Assembly (NCBI GenBank): GCA_054600435.1
Contig: BAAIJX010000034.1
Location: forward strand, 1-64,000
Length of the DNA stretch: 64,000 nt
Reading direction: 5' to 3'
Source: Neophaeotheca triangularis
Taxonomy: Eukaryota
The notes below the pieces were generated by a model. The model was not told the DNA's origin. It did no database searches and was given only the letters and a program-made list of their open reading frames with translations. Shown one piece after another: positions 46,484 to 59,070 of the stretch; positions within the stretch are counted from its first letter, which is position 1; each line of letters opens with the position of its first letter. Made by a program: the position numbers and the translations under genes.

Positions 46484-48212
46484 ATGGCGCAAAGACTAGC
46501 CATGTTGATTGCCTTTTGCTTCATCACTACCTGTCTAGCGGCGACTTGGCTTTCTCGGTGCCGATTACGGACGTCGAGCTTGCCAGTGGTCATTCTGTGC
46601 GAGGAATGCCTTTCATGGTTGGAACACCACGGCAAAAATTCGCGGCCAGTGTGAGGTACGTACGACAAACGCACACATGTAACCATGGCCATGCCGTGCT
46701 CTCCTAATTTGGCGTTGATAGCACCTGGCCTAATCTCGAACTTGCTTCCTCTGCAGAAGACTTTGAGGCATGTCCATTATCGCTTACGATCGCGCGATGC
46801 GATACTTACTATGGCGGCCTCTTCAACACAACCAGCTCTTTGACCTTTGAGGCTCGCGACAATGTTACTGATGCAGGCTACGACGAAGACACCTTCCGCG
46901 GACGCGGTGATTTACCCTATCTCTCCGTCGGTGTTGATCGCTGTGTTCTTGGAAATGCCTCCCTTGCAGACTTTCCGTTCGCAATGTCGCGCGATAAGGG
47001 ACTGCCACTGGCGAAGATGGGAATTGGGAGAGACTCGCCGCTTTTGACCCGGTTGAAAGAATCAGGTCATATAGGCTCCCGCTCTTACGGCTACTGGCAT
47101 GGACTAGATGCCTACAATACGCAGATGGATGGCGCCGTCGTCTTTGGTGGATATGATGCGGCCAAAACCTCCGGTGACAACCTGACTTTTCAACTGACCG
47201 AAGTCACTCTAAGGTGCCCATCTGGTATGCGCGTCAAGCTCACGGACATTTGTATGTTTCGTGAAGACCGTGCGGATATCGAATTCCATCCTTTCAGAGA
47301 GCCGGAGATTGAAGCTTGTCTAGACATCGGTACACGGGCTTTTATCATATTGCCAAAGGAACCGTACTTTCAGATGTTTGAGGTCGCAGTAAATGGCACT
47401 CAATTCTACAATGGGCCACTCAGCGACGATGAGTATGCTATCTATCGCCTGAATAGATTGCCGCTAGTAGAAGCTGGTCGCGCGTGAGTTAGCAAAAGCC
47501 TTTCCATGACCTTAATGAAATCTGACAAGGTATCCCTAGCTCCGAGCTTTCCATGTCTATTCATTCGGGCGGATTGATCTTCAACGCCTCGAACGATGTT
47601 CTAGTAAGGCCGGCCAAGTATCTCGAACCGGACGGCACGTTAGCATCGGTCAACTCTACGAGTCAGGTATCGATTGGCTTGTTTATGGGCGAGACCATAT
47701 ACAATACGAGCTTCATCCTGGGAGACGCCTTCCTGTCTGCTGCATACGTATTCGTGAATTACGACGCCAACACTTTTACTCTGTGGAGAGCGAATGCCAC
47801 TGAAGCTCAGGAACTTGTTGCCGTGGGAGGCGACTCAGCCGACTGTGAGGATGAGGACCAGGATAGCGCCTCCTCGGTTTCCACAGGCGCGATCGCTGGT
47901 GCTACCGTGGGTGGCGCAGTAGGCGCATCACTAATTGCGGCGGCGATTTACTTCTTCAGACGACACAAGAGGGGTAGAGCGTCCAAGCAAAGTAGCACCA
48001 ACAACACCAGTGCGAGCGCAGGGAGTAGCGAGGGCGTGCGAACACATGGCAAGGATGGCGTCAAGGGCGTAAATGTGGTGGAAGTGGGCGATAGTGGGAT
48101 TGCAGAAGCGCCAGCGATGGAGGCTCCGCAAGAAGCAGATTCGAGACCTCTGCCGGCAGAGATGGGAGAAGGCAGGCGTGAAACTTATGAGCTACCGGGA
48201 CATAATACGTAG
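46484..48212 (+). pseudogene. Pepsin-like (A1) aspartic-protease-fold type I membrane protein; frameshifted or assembly error
   Basis: VGTPRQ, GAVVFGGYDAAK, LDIG, ILGDAFLSAAYVFVNYD, TM helix GAIAGATVGGAVG. Introns 46656-46721 and 47484-47539 are frame-consistent, but the signal peptide is out of frame with the mature domain near 46540. Confidence 0.7.
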
Positions 48213-48834
48213 AGAGGTAAACGAACGTAACGATGACAAGCGAGGTTCGTCCTCTTCCATTCCCTCTCCATCTCCGTTAGGCTCGGCGTCTCCAACGTCG
48301 TCTTCGATGATGTCCGACGCCATCGGCATTGTCGTTGCCCTACTGTGTCTCAAAGGTACTTGACACACATTGACTTACATCCGCCGGCGCACTGAGAGAG
48401 AAGTTCAGACCTCGCCAATGGGAACACCCTTCGATCTCTCACCGAACATGTAGCCAGCTTCCGACCGCAGGCATATCGAGGACTTGAGTTCCTCGTATGT
48501 ATGACCCAGGAACGGAAGACGCTTTGCTCTCAAGCTCCGATTTTCCCCGTTTTGAGACCGTTATTCGTTGACACTGACCACATTCACGGTGTCACCACAG
48601 CCAGCACGCCCACACGGTCGATCGGCTATAGAGCTACAAGGTCGCCATCCTTCCCGGTTGGATGAAGCGCCATGAAGTTGAATACTGTGCAAAGACAACA
48701 CGTGCGAGATCAGGTTCTCTCTCGCAAGCAAGTATCTAGAACACCAGGGAATTAAGCGGTTGTGCTATTCCGTTTCAACTGTGATTCGTGCGAATCTTTG
48801 TAAAGTCGAACTAGTGTGCAATCCGCTCAAGCTG

Positions 48835-50603
48835 TCAAACCTCAACCACCCTATTGACCGGAGCATCCTCATCCTTCGCAGCCTTGAGGTGCATGCCGGC
48901 CACAGATCCTTCCGGTGATTGCTCGCTCACGTCTCCCACGCCCTCAAAAGTCTCAAGCTCATGGAAAGTACCAAAGTAATCGGCAGCGTCGGTCTCGCGA
49001 GTATATAACATCGGCCAGAAATGATGCAGGCCAAAGTAAATCAAACCAGAGACGGCCGCACCCAGAAACCAGGAAAGGTTGTAGAGTCTGGTCCAGCCTG
49101 GCCATACAGCGTCGGGATCAACTGCTCGTTGTGCAAGACCTGGCAGCAGGAACCAGAAACCTAGCGGCCAGGCCACGGCAGCCCGCCAATTCCAGCCTTT
49201 GCTGTACCAGTAGATGCTCTTCGGCGACTCCTCGTAGAGATCTGTGAGTTTGACCAAACGCTTGCGGATGAGAAAGTAGTCGACGAACATGATGCCCATG
49301 AACGGTCCGAGGAAGACGTTGAAGCTACCGACGACGGTCAAGAAGCTGGTCGCGCCGTTGAGCAAGTACCACGGCTGCATGATGAATGCCGACACGATGG
49401 TGAGATAACCGCCACGTCGAAGCGTAAACCAGCGAGGCAGCAGCGCAGCCAGGTCGATGCCTGCTACTACTGCGTTCGAAGCAACTACCATGCCGTACTG
49501 TGATATGACGAAGGCGATCGATGCGAAGGCTACTCCGGCTCTGGCTCCTTGGTTGTCCTCATACATGCGAACCGCATCAAGGAAGCTGTATGGGTTCCAG
49601 GGCAGAGAGTCCAGCTGTGGGTACATGGTGTAAGCGCACGAGGTGCACACGATTCCGATGCAACCGACAACAATCGTCCCCAGCGGAACCATGACAAGCT
49701 GTGCTAGGATTTGGTCTCCCGGCTTGATGGCGTAACGGGCGTAGTCGGCTTGCGAGAAGGCGTGCGTCGCGACGGAGCCGATGTTGGCTGTGACGGCCGA
49801 GACGAAAGCCCATCCCAGACCGCTCCCAGTGGCAGGCTCTACGCCAGCTGCACGACTGGTGTTTTCGAGGAGCGCTCCGCCACCTTTGGCTTTGACCACG
49901 GACCAAATCAGCAAGACGAAGACGGTCGTGGCAACGGTGAGTGCACTAGCCATGAAAGGCTTGCGGTATCGTTCAGGGCTGAACCACATCAAAGGCAAGC
50001 AGGATGCCACGAATATGATGTAGGCCGTGAAATCACCGGTGTTCATTGTTCCGTCGGCCAGTGGAGTATCCAAATTGGCAAACGAGGGCCAAATGCATGT
50101 CAAGAGGACCTTGAGGCATTGAGCTCCATACCATGTGTTGGTACTCATCCAGACAAAGGAAAGGAATACCCGGACCGTCATAGGGCACAGATAGCCCCAG
50201 ATTCCCCAGACTTGCCGCATCCAGTGCGGGAAAGCGATATGCCTGTTGAGTCAGCTTTAGATGGGAAGCCATGATGGTGAAATGGAATATCGTACCATTC
50301 GGCCCCGGGCATACCACCCATGACACATATCAGCCCAACGAATGTATGAGCGATGATGAGAACAAGCATCGATTGCCAAACATTGAGGCCGAGGGAAATA
50401 AGCGAAGATCCAGTAGTCCATCCGCCGACGTTAAAGCTTCCCGTGACGAACCAGAGACCAACGAAACTCCAGGGACCGTAAGTTCGCCGTGAGGGTGGCA
50501 ATGGGCGTGTGTCTTTGTTCACGTAAGATCCAACGTGGGTGTCCCCATCGCGCTTGACCTCTAATGCTCGGAGGAGGCGTTGTGACAAAGGTGATGTGCT
50601 CAT
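48835..50603 (-). CDS. NCS1-family nucleobase/allantoin permease
   Basis: NKDTRPLPPSRRTYGPWSF, WHIAFP..MRQVWG across intron 50295-50243, QADYARYA, QPWYLL, FLGPFMGIMFVDYF, WNWRA. Confidence 0.93.
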
Positions 50604-51309
50604 GGCTTGCGTTGATTGTGGTCTGGCTTGATCAGGTCCAGCAGGCGGACTGAGAGCAAGATATATGGCATTTCGAAGACCATTATCTATGGACTGCGAA
50701 GATGCTAAGAGATAGTCAAGGCCACCCTTGTGTCTGGGGTATCTGTGGGTACGGCGAAAAGATTGGGAGCCCTTCTGTGCGGAGTGCACGTTGTTCTGCA
50801 CGCATCCCGACGCCAGACGAAAGGTTCAGATGCTATCTCGACGTTGTCTCGGGCTCGATTGGCGGCGTAATAGGTTGTGTAGATGGTGTGTAAAGCTTTC
50901 CAGGTTCCTATCCAGCTTATCTCTCTGCCCTAATCTGTTGGTTCAGCAGTTTAACAGTTTAGCAGCTCGCTGTGGGAGTTCTGCAGTTTAGCAGTTCAGC
51001 AATTCCACCGTTGAACATACCTTCTTGCCACACCTGCGATAAGCCCATTGTGAATCGGACGAATCATCAGACTCTTACCTCTGATGATCTAGATCCAAGT
51101 GGCTCGCATGAGTTGCTGCCATTCTTCCGTTTTGCAGCTCGAAATGAATAAGGCTCCACGAGCTAATTACCTACGCCCGATTCTATCATGTAATGGGCGT
51201 TGCCAGGTGTGAGAGTGTCCCATTCAAATAGAGGAGAATTCCTCGATTCCTGTGTGTGGTACCCAAATCAATTCAAGACCAGAACGTCCTGCTCTCATTT
51301 GTCGCAGAT

Positions 51310-52485
51310 ATGTCTCAGACCGCAACAGCCCAACTGTCCAACACCACAATCCGCTTGCAGAACGGTCAAGTCTATGAGTCGAACTCCAACGATGCGAGTG
51401 AACTTGAACAGATACCTGTAATTGATGCAGCACGGATACACAGCGATAAGTTGGCAGACCGGCAAGAAGTAGCAGAGGAGATCAGAGAAGCAGCGCACAG
51501 CATCGGGTTTTTCTATCTCGTCAACCATGGCGTGGATATGAAACTAGCCGAAGACACCTTTGCGGCGGCCAAGAGATTTTTTGCGCAGCCCGAGGAGCGC
51601 AAGATGAAAGTCTTCACTGGCAAAGTGGAAGGGGAATACGTCGGATTCCATCCCATGGAGTACTACAATCGCAATGCGTGGAAGCACAAAGGTTACATAG
51701 AGCCTCAACATAGTCTTGGGGTGTGACAGCGAACTTACAGCATGTCCAGACATGAGTGAAGCCTTCAATTTCGCTTATGATGCTTCATGCGATCCCGAAG
51801 CAACCGACCCCGATGAGCCTACCGTCAGTATCTGGCCAGAAGATCTTCCAGAGTTCCGCCAGGCATTGCACGCATACCACACTGAGCTACTGCAGCTCTC
51901 GCGGCGTTTGTCGCGGATATTTGCGCTGGCTTTGCGCTTGCCCGAAGATTCCTTCGATCAGTACATCAAACGCCCAGAAGCCGGAATGCGTGTTCTGCAT
52001 TATCCAGCGCAACAGCGATCGCGGGACGACCAGCAAGGGATTGGTGAGTGGTACCTCCAATTTGGATCACGGGATCCGCTGACACCATCTTACTAGGCGC
52101 CCATACCGATGTCGAATGCTTCACAATAGTTACTCAGGATGAAGTTGGAGGGCTCGAAGTGCTGAACAAGCAAGGCAGTTGGATCCGAGCGAATCCCATA
52201 CCGGGATCTTTTGTGGTGAACATCGCAGACTGTTTCCAGCGCCAGACTAACGACTACTTTGTCTCCACAGTCCACCGGGTCATCAACGAGAGTGGCCGGG
52301 AGCGGTACTCGGCGCCCTTTTTTTGGGGCTTCGACCGAACCAAAGTGCTCGATCCAGTGCCAACATGTGTGAGCGAAGACAATCCCATGAAGTACCCAGT
52401 CATGACTGCCGGTGAATACTATGCTTGGAGAACGAACAAGCAGAAGAAGTCTGGGTCGATAGCGAGCTCAGCCGACAATAAGTAG
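51310..52485 (+). CDS. 2-oxoglutarate/Fe(II) dioxygenase (IPNS/DIOX_N family)
   Basis: IPVID, GFFYLVNHGV, HTD..H..RYS motifs; frame-consistent introns 51692-51749 and 52044-52096. Confidence 0.93.
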
Positions 52486-52537
52486 AAACGGAAGCTGTTC
52501 ATCATGACTGCATTCAAGAGAGGCTATCAATCTTAGG

Positions 52538-54282
52538 TTACGCACCATGCCATGTGAATATGTCATCCGGTAAAGTTTCGCAGATGTCCGAAACCATGTT
52601 CGGTAGCGTTTCCAGTGAGTATCCGTCAAAGTGTGCCGCTAAACCGGGAGGCATGCTAGGAGCATGCAATGTGCTGGATCCTATGAATTCACCTGTAGCA
52701 CCTATCTCGCGGTTTAAGCAAGTCATATATCGTGCGTCGTTCCTTACCTGGGCCAAGAATGTGGTCAGCTTGGCTACTGAAGGATGCGCAGCGTCAGTGT
52801 CACCGTGACCTATGCGTAAAAGATCAATAGTCCCGAGCAGAATGGGCTGCAGAGCACTCATCTCCTCGGCCGAGAGATTGCGTTGCTTTGCAAGGTTACA
52901 AAGCAGAAGAACGACTCCCGCGAGCTTTTGAAGCAGCGGTGAACCGATAGCACGATAATACTCCTGTGGTATGGATTGAGTACCTTCCAGCATATTTTGC
53001 GCTGCAAGAAGCACATTTCGGAAGCTAGAGTCTTGCAGGACAGAAGCAATGGTCTTGACCAAGTGGAGCGTGCCAAAGATGTTGACCGTCTGGAAACCGC
53101 ATCGATTCCTGCCACTATCTTGCGATCGACGGAAGGCTTGCGAGAATTGAGGCTGTAGTCCGACTTGTACCTCCGACAGCCTCTCGAGACACCAGCGTAG
53201 CTTGTATTCGTACTCGGATTCAGAGATGCGACTGTGCTTCGCATGGCGCATGCGGAGGAGGACCAGGACATGCTCAAGAATACGATAGAGATCTGTCGTA
53301 TGATTCCAGCCACAGAACCAGTCTTCAAACGGACCGTCTCTTCCAGAAACAAAAGCAGGATGATGCGTTCCTTTGGGGTAGCCCACGTTTGCTTGCGACT
53401 CGGGTGCTCGAATCATCTGTCCAGTAACGCAAGCCATATGAATCTCGAGTCTGTAAAACGACCAATAGAGACGTCGTCGCATTTCTTGGTCGCACTCGGA
53501 GATATCCGATGGCCATCTTGACTCGTCGTGCATGCTATGCCTGCTGCTCGCCCCGTGCCACAGGTCGAGAAACTGGCGCGCCAGCTCATAGTCGTTGGAT
53601 TGGATACCAAGAAGAGCCAAGAGACCGGCAGAACGTAAGGTTTCGACGTCGAGTACTGGAAACGCATTGACTGTGCTTGCGGCCACAGCGTCGTCACAGA
53701 GCTTGCGGACGACAGACTGCCTCTGCAGTGGCGTGCCTACATCGTCGAAAAGTGCCCCATGCCGTGAATGGTGAGCACTGAGTGCGCACATGCTCAGCAA
53801 ACTCGTACGCTCGCCATTGTTCTCTGGAAAGGTACCGTCTCTCCAACGCGTCCAGATATCACGTTCGCAGAACCATGGAAAGCTACAGAGCGGTCAGTGG
53901 GCATCGGCTTCGAGGTTTCATAGCACACATTCGGGACGCACGCTGGGTGAATTGTGTCGAGATATACATCGAGTAGTGCGTCAACGAGCATTCTGCTCAG
54001 ACCGAAGTCGCCCTCTCGAGCGGTTGAAGCAGCGTCTCCGTGCAAGGTTAGATTGGCAATCTCGACGCTTGGTGGGTTGGAGGGTGATTTGCGCGATTTT
54101 GTTCCACGCTTCTTTGCCTGCCTTGTCTGAGCGCACTGTTGGCCATACTCAACGCAAGTCATGCATGCCGCCTCGCTGGTGTCGTCTTCGGGGCGCTTAC
54201 ACTTTAAGCCCCTTCGATGGCAGAAATCACACGCTCGAGTGACTCTCCGCCGCTTCCTACTGGCGTATTCCGGATGATTCAT
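52538..54282 (-). CDS. Zn(II)2Cys6 transcription factor with fungal-specific TF domain
   Basis: RACDFCHRRGLKC..CMTCVEYGQQC binuclear cluster; EMRRRLYWSFYRLE middle homology region; intron(s) near 53.8-53.95 kb. Confidence 0.9.
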
Positions 54283-54664
54283 CTCGACTGATAAGTTAAG
54301 GGTATCCCAGTCGCGATAGGAGGCCGGAAGGAAGTTACCTGTTGAGGACGACGGGATCCATAGATCTTAAGAGGACCAGGGATGTCGTCCATGTCAATGA
54401 CTAAGCGGAGACCCACTCTACCTAGTCTCGGTCGCTAAGACATCAAAGCATCATTCGACGTTACTTAGTTTTATTTACTGTTCTTAGGCATACATGTATA
54501 CACTGGACTTATAAAGATAAAGGCGGAATTCATAACGCAGTATGTTTATAGCCAAAGCGTGAAATTTATGCTGCTAATACGTCTGTAGCTTCACCCTCTC
54601 TCCATCGAGTCTTGGGAATACCGTTTCGCTGCCTTCAGGACATCAGACACTAGCAGTAGACATC

Positions 54665-55592
54665 ATGGCAGAAGAACCTCCACCGACGATCCAAACAAGA
54701 CAATTGACCTTCGCCTTTCCCGATGGAAGCACCGGGCTCCAAAACGTCTCCCTCGATCTCCCAGCAGGATCCCGCACCTTGCTCATAGGAGGTGAGACCT
54801 GATCCCCCAGCAACCCCTCCTTTCTCATCAAGAAAGCAAACCCAGTCGACTTAAACTAATACCTCTCCCCTGCCATCAGCAAACGGCGCAGGCAAAACAA
54901 CCCTCCTCCGCCTGCTCTCCGGAAAACGCCTTGCCCCGACCAACACCATCACAGTCGGTGGCCGCGACCCCTTCACCACCGGCCTAGAGGGCGTGACCTA
55001 CTTGGGCCTAGAATGGGTGCTCAACCCCATCGTACGCACCGACATCGCCGTACCAGAATTGCTCAAATCCGTGGGCGGCGACCACTACCCCGCGCGCCGG
55101 GACGAACTCGTCCGCATCCTCGACGTCGACTTGGGCTGGCACTTGCACGCCGTGTCGGACGGTGAGCGCAGGCGAGTGCAGTTGTGTATGGGCTTGTTGC
55201 GGCCCTGGTCCGTGTTGCTGCTCGATGAGATCACCGTCGACTTGGATCTCCTGTCCCGACATAATTTCCTGCAGTTTTTGAAACGCGAAACCGAAACCCG
55301 CAGTTGTTCGATTGTGTACGCGACGCACATTCTGGATAATTTGGCCATGTGGCCGACGCATTTGGTGCACATGGCGCTTGGCAAGGTGAAGAAGTGGGGG
55401 CCGATGGGGGATTTTGAGTTGAAGGTTGATGATGGGGGCGTGGAGGGAAACTCGAGATTGGGACAGTTGGTTTTGGGGTGGCTGAGGGAGGATTTGGAGG
55501 AGAGGGGGCCGAGGAACAGCGGGAAAGGGGAGGGAGCGACTTATCCGAGCTTGGAGGGGAAGGGTGGGTATGGGGCTTTGAAGAAGAAGTAA
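54665..55592 (+). CDS. CAF16: Soluble ABC ATPase, CCR4-associated factor 16-like
   Basis: GANGAGKT formed across intron 54792-54879; VSDGERRRVQL, LLLDEITVDLD, YATHILD. Confidence 0.88.
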
Positions 55593-56114
55593 AGGGGTGT
55601 TATCTGAGTGTGGGTTTGGCTGGCTGTGATGATACGACGATGAAAAGCTGCCACGGCGGGATGGGAGGCTAACGGCGGCGCGGTCACTCAACGACAATAC
55701 ATTAGCGCAGGCGTTGGAGCCAAGGAAGGGTTGCATGTTTTGAGTTTCGCCTATCTGTCGTCTCTATAAGGAAGCATCAACTGCTAGCTACAAGATAGAC
55801 CATCGACCCGCAAAAGGGTATTGACTAGCGAACCTCACTCGCCTCCTATCAACCGCTTGTAGTATGACCAAATGCCGGTGCTCAGTATGGCCGATTCTCT
55901 CAAGTTCCGACTGTTGCAGCAATGTGCACAAGGAAGCCCAAGTATGGCCAGCCCGTTCAGCCGACTGCACTTTCTAGCACCTTAGTGCCGCCAACCTATT
56001 CGACGCCAAAAACTCCTCGCTCAAATGTCCACCACGAAAGGATAACGCCGGTCAGCTTTCTAATCACCCGCAAAGAGCGATTGTACGTCGGCCAAGCCTG
56101 AGAGCGTGCTGTGT

Positions 56115-58499
56115 CTAGGACACATATCCCGAATCAGGCGGCGCAGCTTTTAGCTTGGCATGAAGCCAGGTGTTTGCGCCCTCGAAAAGCTCGCCAACAT
56201 CCTTCTTGACCAAGCCGGCCTTGGCCGCAGCCTGGAGACCGAAATTGACGGCATCGAAGAGCTTCCATGCCTTTTGCAGGTCCCCGGAGAAGTCGATCGA
56301 GTGCGGGAACCACTGGGAGACGTTGGCTGGGCGGTTGGTCTGGGTGGAAAGCTCGTCGAGGTAGCTCTTAACCGCCAAGCCGAGGCCGAGGTCGGGCTCC
56401 TTGCCCAGCGGGAGGATGTAAGCGAGAGCCGGGTAGGTTTTGATGCCGAGATGGCGCTTGACGCCGCCAGAGAGGAACATGCGGCAGGCATGCATGTCGA
56501 GGATGTCACGGAGGGCGTTGCGGACCGCGCAAGTCATCTGGTGATAGGCCAAGAGATGGCGGGAGAGGGGTCCCGTGTAGCCTATAGCATGGTGTTGAAG
56601 TGAGGCCAAGCTGGCGACACGACTGACCAGGAGCGTGTACTGTTTGTCGATATCGGTTCCGCGCAAGGGAGCGCCGGAGTACTCAGGGAAGAGGTTGTCA
56701 GCTTTGAGGATGTCGAGGCGGGCAAGCTCGAAGGCGACGAAGATGGCTTCCTGAAGCTCCTTGCTACCAATTAGGTCCGCAATGCTGGTGGCCTCTTTCG
56801 AGTTGTTGCGGTCAAAGGCGGCTTTGAGAGCCCTACCCCAGGCAGAGAGTGTGTGGTCAGCCTTCATGTAACCGCGGTCGTGGAGAAAGCGCCAGATCGT
56901 GTTCATGGACAGCTCGTTGAGAGTGGTAAGCACAGGCTCGCCCGGCTGCCTAGGAGTAACAGTCTTCTTCGCAGTCTCGTCGTCGATGGCGAGAAGCGAC
57001 AATGCGACCGCCATCGAGTCTGGCTCGCCCAGGATCTGGAGATAATAGTCAACATCGTTGTGCTCAACCATCCACGCTTTGCTACCAACCTTGTCGTGAT
57101 CAGCCTTGGTGAAGGTCTTGCTGGTGTTGACGTGCCAAGAGTCGGAAGCCTTGGTTGGCTCAGAGATGCCTGGGATGTCAAGCGACTTCTTGGTGTCCTC
57201 GTCGAACCACATGACGGCGTTGATGTCTGTCTTTTGGAAGTAGAAGTGAAGAGATGATGTGCCGAGAGCGAGTGCCTGAGCTCTCATCGGTAGGAGCTTT
57301 TGTTGGACGAGGTTCTTGTAAGCCTGCGAGATACCGCCGTCGAGAGGGGGAACCTCAAAGACTTCTTGCTTGGTCCTCCAGTTGATGATGCGAGGCCCGG
57401 CAATGCCGCGGGTGAGGTAAAAGAGAAACTCTTCTGGAATGCGCTGGCCGATGCACTCGTGGATATCGTGGGGTGCGTTCGCTTCATCAAACATGCGGAA
57501 GTGGCCGTCGGGGTAGAGGACGATGTGGTGCTTGATGGCGAAGCGAGCCTTCTTGAAGAGTCCCGTGTAGTGGTCATCATTGACGGCGAGGCAGGCGAAG
57601 AAACCATCGAACTCGGTTCTGTTGGGATTGCTGCGACGCATGAGCTCCATGGCAGCGTCAAGTTTGAACTCCTCGTGTTCGATAGCGGGGAGGATGGGAA
57701 GGAGACAGAAACCAGCCAAGAGGCAGGCGTCGGTGAACTGGATCTTGGAAGTACAGCCAAGCTTCTCCATGCAGTTGGCCGTCTCAATCCAACTGAAGCT
57801 CTTGTTCTCAAAGTCCATGTCAACGATGACCTTGTCTTGACCGAAGACAAGGGCGGAGGCGGAGCCCCAGACTCCGGTGATGAAGTCCTCAACCTCACGC
57901 TGATGAAGCTGTGCAGCCGCAGAGTAGGGAGCAACCATTATCTTGACACCTGCACGGTAAAGATAACCCTGCATCCAGCGGAGAATGTTGTAGGTCTGGT
58001 ACGTGCCTATGGCGTCACGGTTAGTGCTGTAATGAGCGAAACAAGCCAGCTTCAACTCTTTGAGCGTGAGGCTGCCCTGGTTGTTGCGGAGTCTGGTGGT
58101 GTACTCACAAGACTTGCCGAACTCAGCAACCGCATCGTCGGCCTTGGTAGCATCGTACTGCTTCCAGGCTTCGTCGAGGCTGCGCGCCGCTTGCTTGCAC
58201 TCCTTGGATACGGTGGCGCGGTCGCGGACAGCCGTGTCGATGCCGTTGAAGATGAAGAAGGGTTTGATCCCCGCGTCGCGACAGTTGTGGACGAAGATTT
58301 CAAGGTGGCTTTCGAGAGCGAACGGGAGGCCGCCGAGGGCTGGCAGAAGCGGCTCACGGGTGAGAGAGGTTGTGAGGAGAGAGTTGAGAAATTCTTCGGC
58401 GTCGATGCCCAGAATGGATCCACGCATCTCCTCGAGTGCTCCGGTGATTTCGATGCCATGGTGCTGCGCCCAAGCGCGGAATTCCTGAAGACCCGTCAT
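56115..58499 (-). CDS. MKT1: Mkt1-like PIN/XPG-fold post-transcriptional regulator
   Basis: LGIDAE, EPLLPALGGLPF, VAPYSAAAQL, GYTGPLSRHLLAY; two probable in-frame introns (58108-58007, 57089-57036). Confidence 0.88.
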   Translation of the reverse strand: MTGLQEFRAWAQHHGIEITGALEEMRGSILGIDAEEFLNSLLTTSLTREPLLPALGGLPFALESHLEIFVHNCRDAGIKPFFIFNGIDTAVRDRATVSKECKQAARSLDEAWKQYDATKADDAVAEFGKSCEYTTRLRNNQGSLTLKELKLACFAHYSTNRDAIGTYQTYNILRWMQGYLYRAGVKIMVAPYSAAAQLHQREVEDFITGVWGSASALVFGQDKVIVDMDFENKSFSWIETANCMEKLGCTSKIQFTDACLLAGFCLLPILPAIEHEEFKLDAAMELMRRSNPNRTEFDGFFACLAVNDDHYTGLFKKARFAIKHHIVLYPDGHFRMFDEANAPHDIHECIGQRIPEEFLFYLTRGIAGPRIINWRTKQEVFEVPPLDGGISQAYKNLVQQKLLPMRAQALALGTSSLHFYFQKTDINAVMWFDEDTKKSLDIPGISEPTKASDSWHVNTSKTFTKADHDKVGSKAWMVEHNDVDYYLQILGEPDSMAVALSLLAIDDETAKKTVTPRQPGEPVLTTLNELSMNTIWRFLHDRGYMKADHTLSAWGRALKAAFDRNNSKEATSIADLIGSKELQEAIFVAFELARLDILKADNLFPEYSGAPLRGTDIDKQYTLLVSRVASLASLQHHAIGYTGPLSRHLLAYHQMTCAVRNALRDILDMHACRMFLSGGVKRHLGIKTYPALAYILPLGKEPDLGLGLAVKSYLDELSTQTNRPANVSQWFPHSIDFSGDLQKAWKLFDAVNFGLQAAAKAGLVKKDVGELFEGANTWLHAKLKAAPPDSGYVS

Positions 58500-59070
58500 G
58501 GCTGGTACCTGAGGGCGGACTGCCCTCTGTGAATGGAGATGTGGAGATATTCGTCCTCTGGAGTTGCGTCCAGGGAGCGCAATTGAGTGCAGATACGCTT
58601 GCTGAAGCGTTGATGGTGCGAAGGCGGTACTTCGGTACCGGAGACACGGTATATGTGTGTATGGAGAGGTGAGGTTGTGGTTGTGGTTCAGGTGAGGAAT
58701 TATTATTTGGAAGGTGAAAGGTGAGGTTAGGTTAGGTTAGGTAGGTACAAGCAGGCAGCTCGGGAAAGTCGACGGTCGCCAGGCAGTACAACTTCGGATT
58801 CGGAAAGCTTGGATCACTTCCGACCTCACCTGCCAAGCCCAGCCAATTGAAGACATGACCTCTCATTTTCGGCCATGACGGGAGGCATATAGGAGAGGTT
58901 TATGGAGGACGGTAATTTTTTATTGAGCTAATATGAACATGCAAACAAAGCGAACAAAGCGTTGATTCGACGAGCGAAAAGCTCAGCATTAGCCTAAAAA
59001 GTGCAAGTTCCAGCTGACAACACCCTCCAGCGCCTATTCTAGACCAGAACATCATTAACCAACTCCATAC

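Noticed and set aside
57300..58532. 410-aa antisense ORF, and similar long shadow ORFs at 6869-7873, 22420-23285 and 43524-44597
   Set aside because: Expected by-products of strong codon bias and GC skew in real genes; no independent motifs.
58725..58745. (GGTTA)3 interstitial telomere-like repeat
   Set aside because: Pentamer rather than TTAGGG and only three copies; likely a promoter microsatellite.
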